32,702 nucleotides of DNA from an uncultured Acidimicrobiia bacterium (GTDB taxonomy: Bacteria; Gemmatimonadota; Gemmatimonadetes; Gemmatimonadales; GWC2-71-9), in assembly GCA_964196605.1 (NCBI GenBank), contig CAXMUQ010000247.1, positions 1 through 32,702 of the forward strand, given 5' to 3'. Shown here one piece after another: positions 31,543 to 32,702 of this stretch. The translations under genes were made by a program, and so were the position numbers. Each line of letters opens with the position of its first letter. The first letter of the stretch is position 1. The notes beneath the pieces are model-generated. The model was not told the DNA's origin. It worked only from the letters and a program-made list of their open reading frames with translations, and searched no databases.

Positions 31543-32595
31543 ATGACGGATTTCCTGATTCTCGACCGTCTGACCAAACGCTTCGACGGCTTCGCGGCTG
31601 TCGACGATCTTTCGTTGGGTCTGGGCCAGGGCGAGATCCTGGCCTTACTCGGCCCCAGTGGTAGCGGCAAGACCACCACTCTCAGATTGCTGGCCGGTTT
31701 CGAGTGGGCCGACAATGGCCGAGTAGTGGTGGACGGGCAGGATGTAACGCGAGTGGCGCCGGTTGCACGGCGCTTTGGTATGGTGTTCCAGCACTACGCG
31801 TTGTTTCCCCATCTGGACGTGGGGGCCAATGTTTCGTTCGGACTGGAGGGTGGTAGACTCGACCGGGAAGAACGAAAGCGCCGTGTGGCCGAGGCTCTGA
31901 CCCTGGTCGATTTGGCTGGATACGAACGCCGTGAGGTAAGCGAGCTATCCGGCGGCCAACAGCAACGCGTGGCGTTGGCGCGGGCCTTGGCGCCTGAGCC
32001 CCGTATCCTCCTTCTCGACGAACCGCTTTCCAATCTCGATCCATCCCTTCGCGAACGTACCCGCAGCGAGCTGCGCGACCTGATTCACCGAGTGGGTATC
32101 ACCACCGTATTGGTGACACACGAGCAGGAAGAGGCGTTCGATCTGGGTGATCGTATTGCTTTGCTGCGTGACGGCCGGTTGCAGCAAGTCGGCAGTCCAG
32201 ACGAATTGTATCAGGCACCTACCAACCCGTTCGTAGCCGGGTTCGTGGGACGGTCATCGAAGATTACGGGCGAAGTGACCCGGGGGGATCCGACAGTACT
32301 GGTTTCAGGCGGTGTCCGGTGGCCCCTCCCAAGTGGTGCCGACGGATTCACTGGACCGGGCATCATGATGGCACGGCCGGAGGCTTTCATGTTGGTAGAG
32401 CAGGGCAGCGGGATTACTGACGTCACTGTCGGTCTACGACATTTCCTTGGCGCTACTGCACTGTTCAAAGTGGTGACGGATCACGAGACGGTGCTTGAGG
32501 TGGTGGCAGATCCCAATGCGGTTAGTGCGGGTGATCGCGTGGGTTTGGAGTTGACCGGTAACGGAGTTCATGCCTTTCCAGCGGATGACGCATGA
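31543..32595 (+). CDS. ABC transporter ATP-binding protein (PotA/FbpC-like, with C-terminal TOBE-like domain)
   Basis: Walker A GPSGSGKTT, Q-loop, signature LSGGQQQRVALARAL, Walker B LLLDEPLSNLD and H-loop VTHEQ. I chose the ATG at 31543 (MTDFLILDRLTKRF) over the ORF-track start at 31468. Confidence 0.92.
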   Translation: MTDFLILDRLTKRFDGFAAVDDLSLGLGQGEILALLGPSGSGKTTTLRLLAGFEWADNGRVVVDGQDVTRVAPVARRFGMVFQHYALFPHLDVGANVSFGLEGGRLDREERKRRVAEALTLVDLAGYERREVSELSGGQQQRVALARALAPEPRILLLDEPLSNLDPSLRERTRSELRDLIHRVGITTVLVTHEQEEAFDLGDRIALLRDGRLQQVGSPDELYQAPTNPFVAGFVGRSSKITGEVTRGDPTVLVSGGVRWPLPSGADGFTGPGIMMARPEAFMLVEQGSGITDVTVGLRHFLGATALFKVVTDHETVLEVVADPNAVSAGDRVGLELTGNGVHAFPADDA

Positions 32596-32702
32596 GCAGG
32601 CCTCGGCGGGTTGAGGCGTTCGGTTGGTTACTTACCATCTTGCTGGCGTGGCTGGTGGTGTACCCCATTCTACTGGTCCTGCTGGAGAGCGTGCAGGGGC
32701 CA
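32592..32702 (+). CDS. ABC transporter permease, 5' fragment (runs off the window)
   Basis: The ATG at 32592 overlaps the ATPase stop (ATGA). My hand translation is MSRPRRVEAFGWLLTILLAWLVVYPILLVLLESVQGP, a hydrophobic N-terminal TM segment typical of the first span of such permeases. Confidence 0.6.
   Translation, partial: MSRPRRVEAFGWLLTILLAWLVVYPILLVLLESVQGP

Overview
High-GC bacterial chromosomal window, densely coding (about 30 genes), with no rRNA, tRNA, CRISPR or mobile-element signatures that I could see. The content is mostly housekeeping or core metabolism:
- an OmpA/Pal-like lipoprotein and a PQQ-type sugar dehydrogenase
- an ECF sigma / anti-sigma / 2x DUF4097 cassette
- hutU-hutI
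- a histidine kinase / OmpR-type regulator pair followed by a class V PLP enzyme
- aguB-aguA (agmatine to putrescine)
- ettA, and thrB-thrC
- pntAA-pntAB-pntB
- a short RpoD-like sigma factor, and acnA
- a DUF971 protein, a roughly 900-aa secreted LmbE/PIG-L protein and an ABC importer

The most notable signal is two separate thiol-peroxidase genes: an OsmC-family gene at 13862..14329 and a BCP/AhpC-TSA-type peroxiredoxin at 16103..16672. The ORF track shows each as two same-frame fragments. In each the only interruption is a single in-frame TGA, and it falls exactly where homologues carry the catalytic (peroxidatic) cysteine. Each TGA is followed 14-19 nt later by a GC-rich hairpin. TGA is a genuine stop elsewhere in the window. 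I therefore read these as candidate selenocysteine-recoded selenoproteins that standard gene callers would split or truncate.

The second unexplained element is an 838-bp stretch (18895..19732) between thrB and pntAA. It has no credible ORF, but it does have repeats and a long imperfect hairpin.

Taxon cannot be assigned from sequence alone. All homology calls rest on motif recognition in the translated ORFs, not on database searches.
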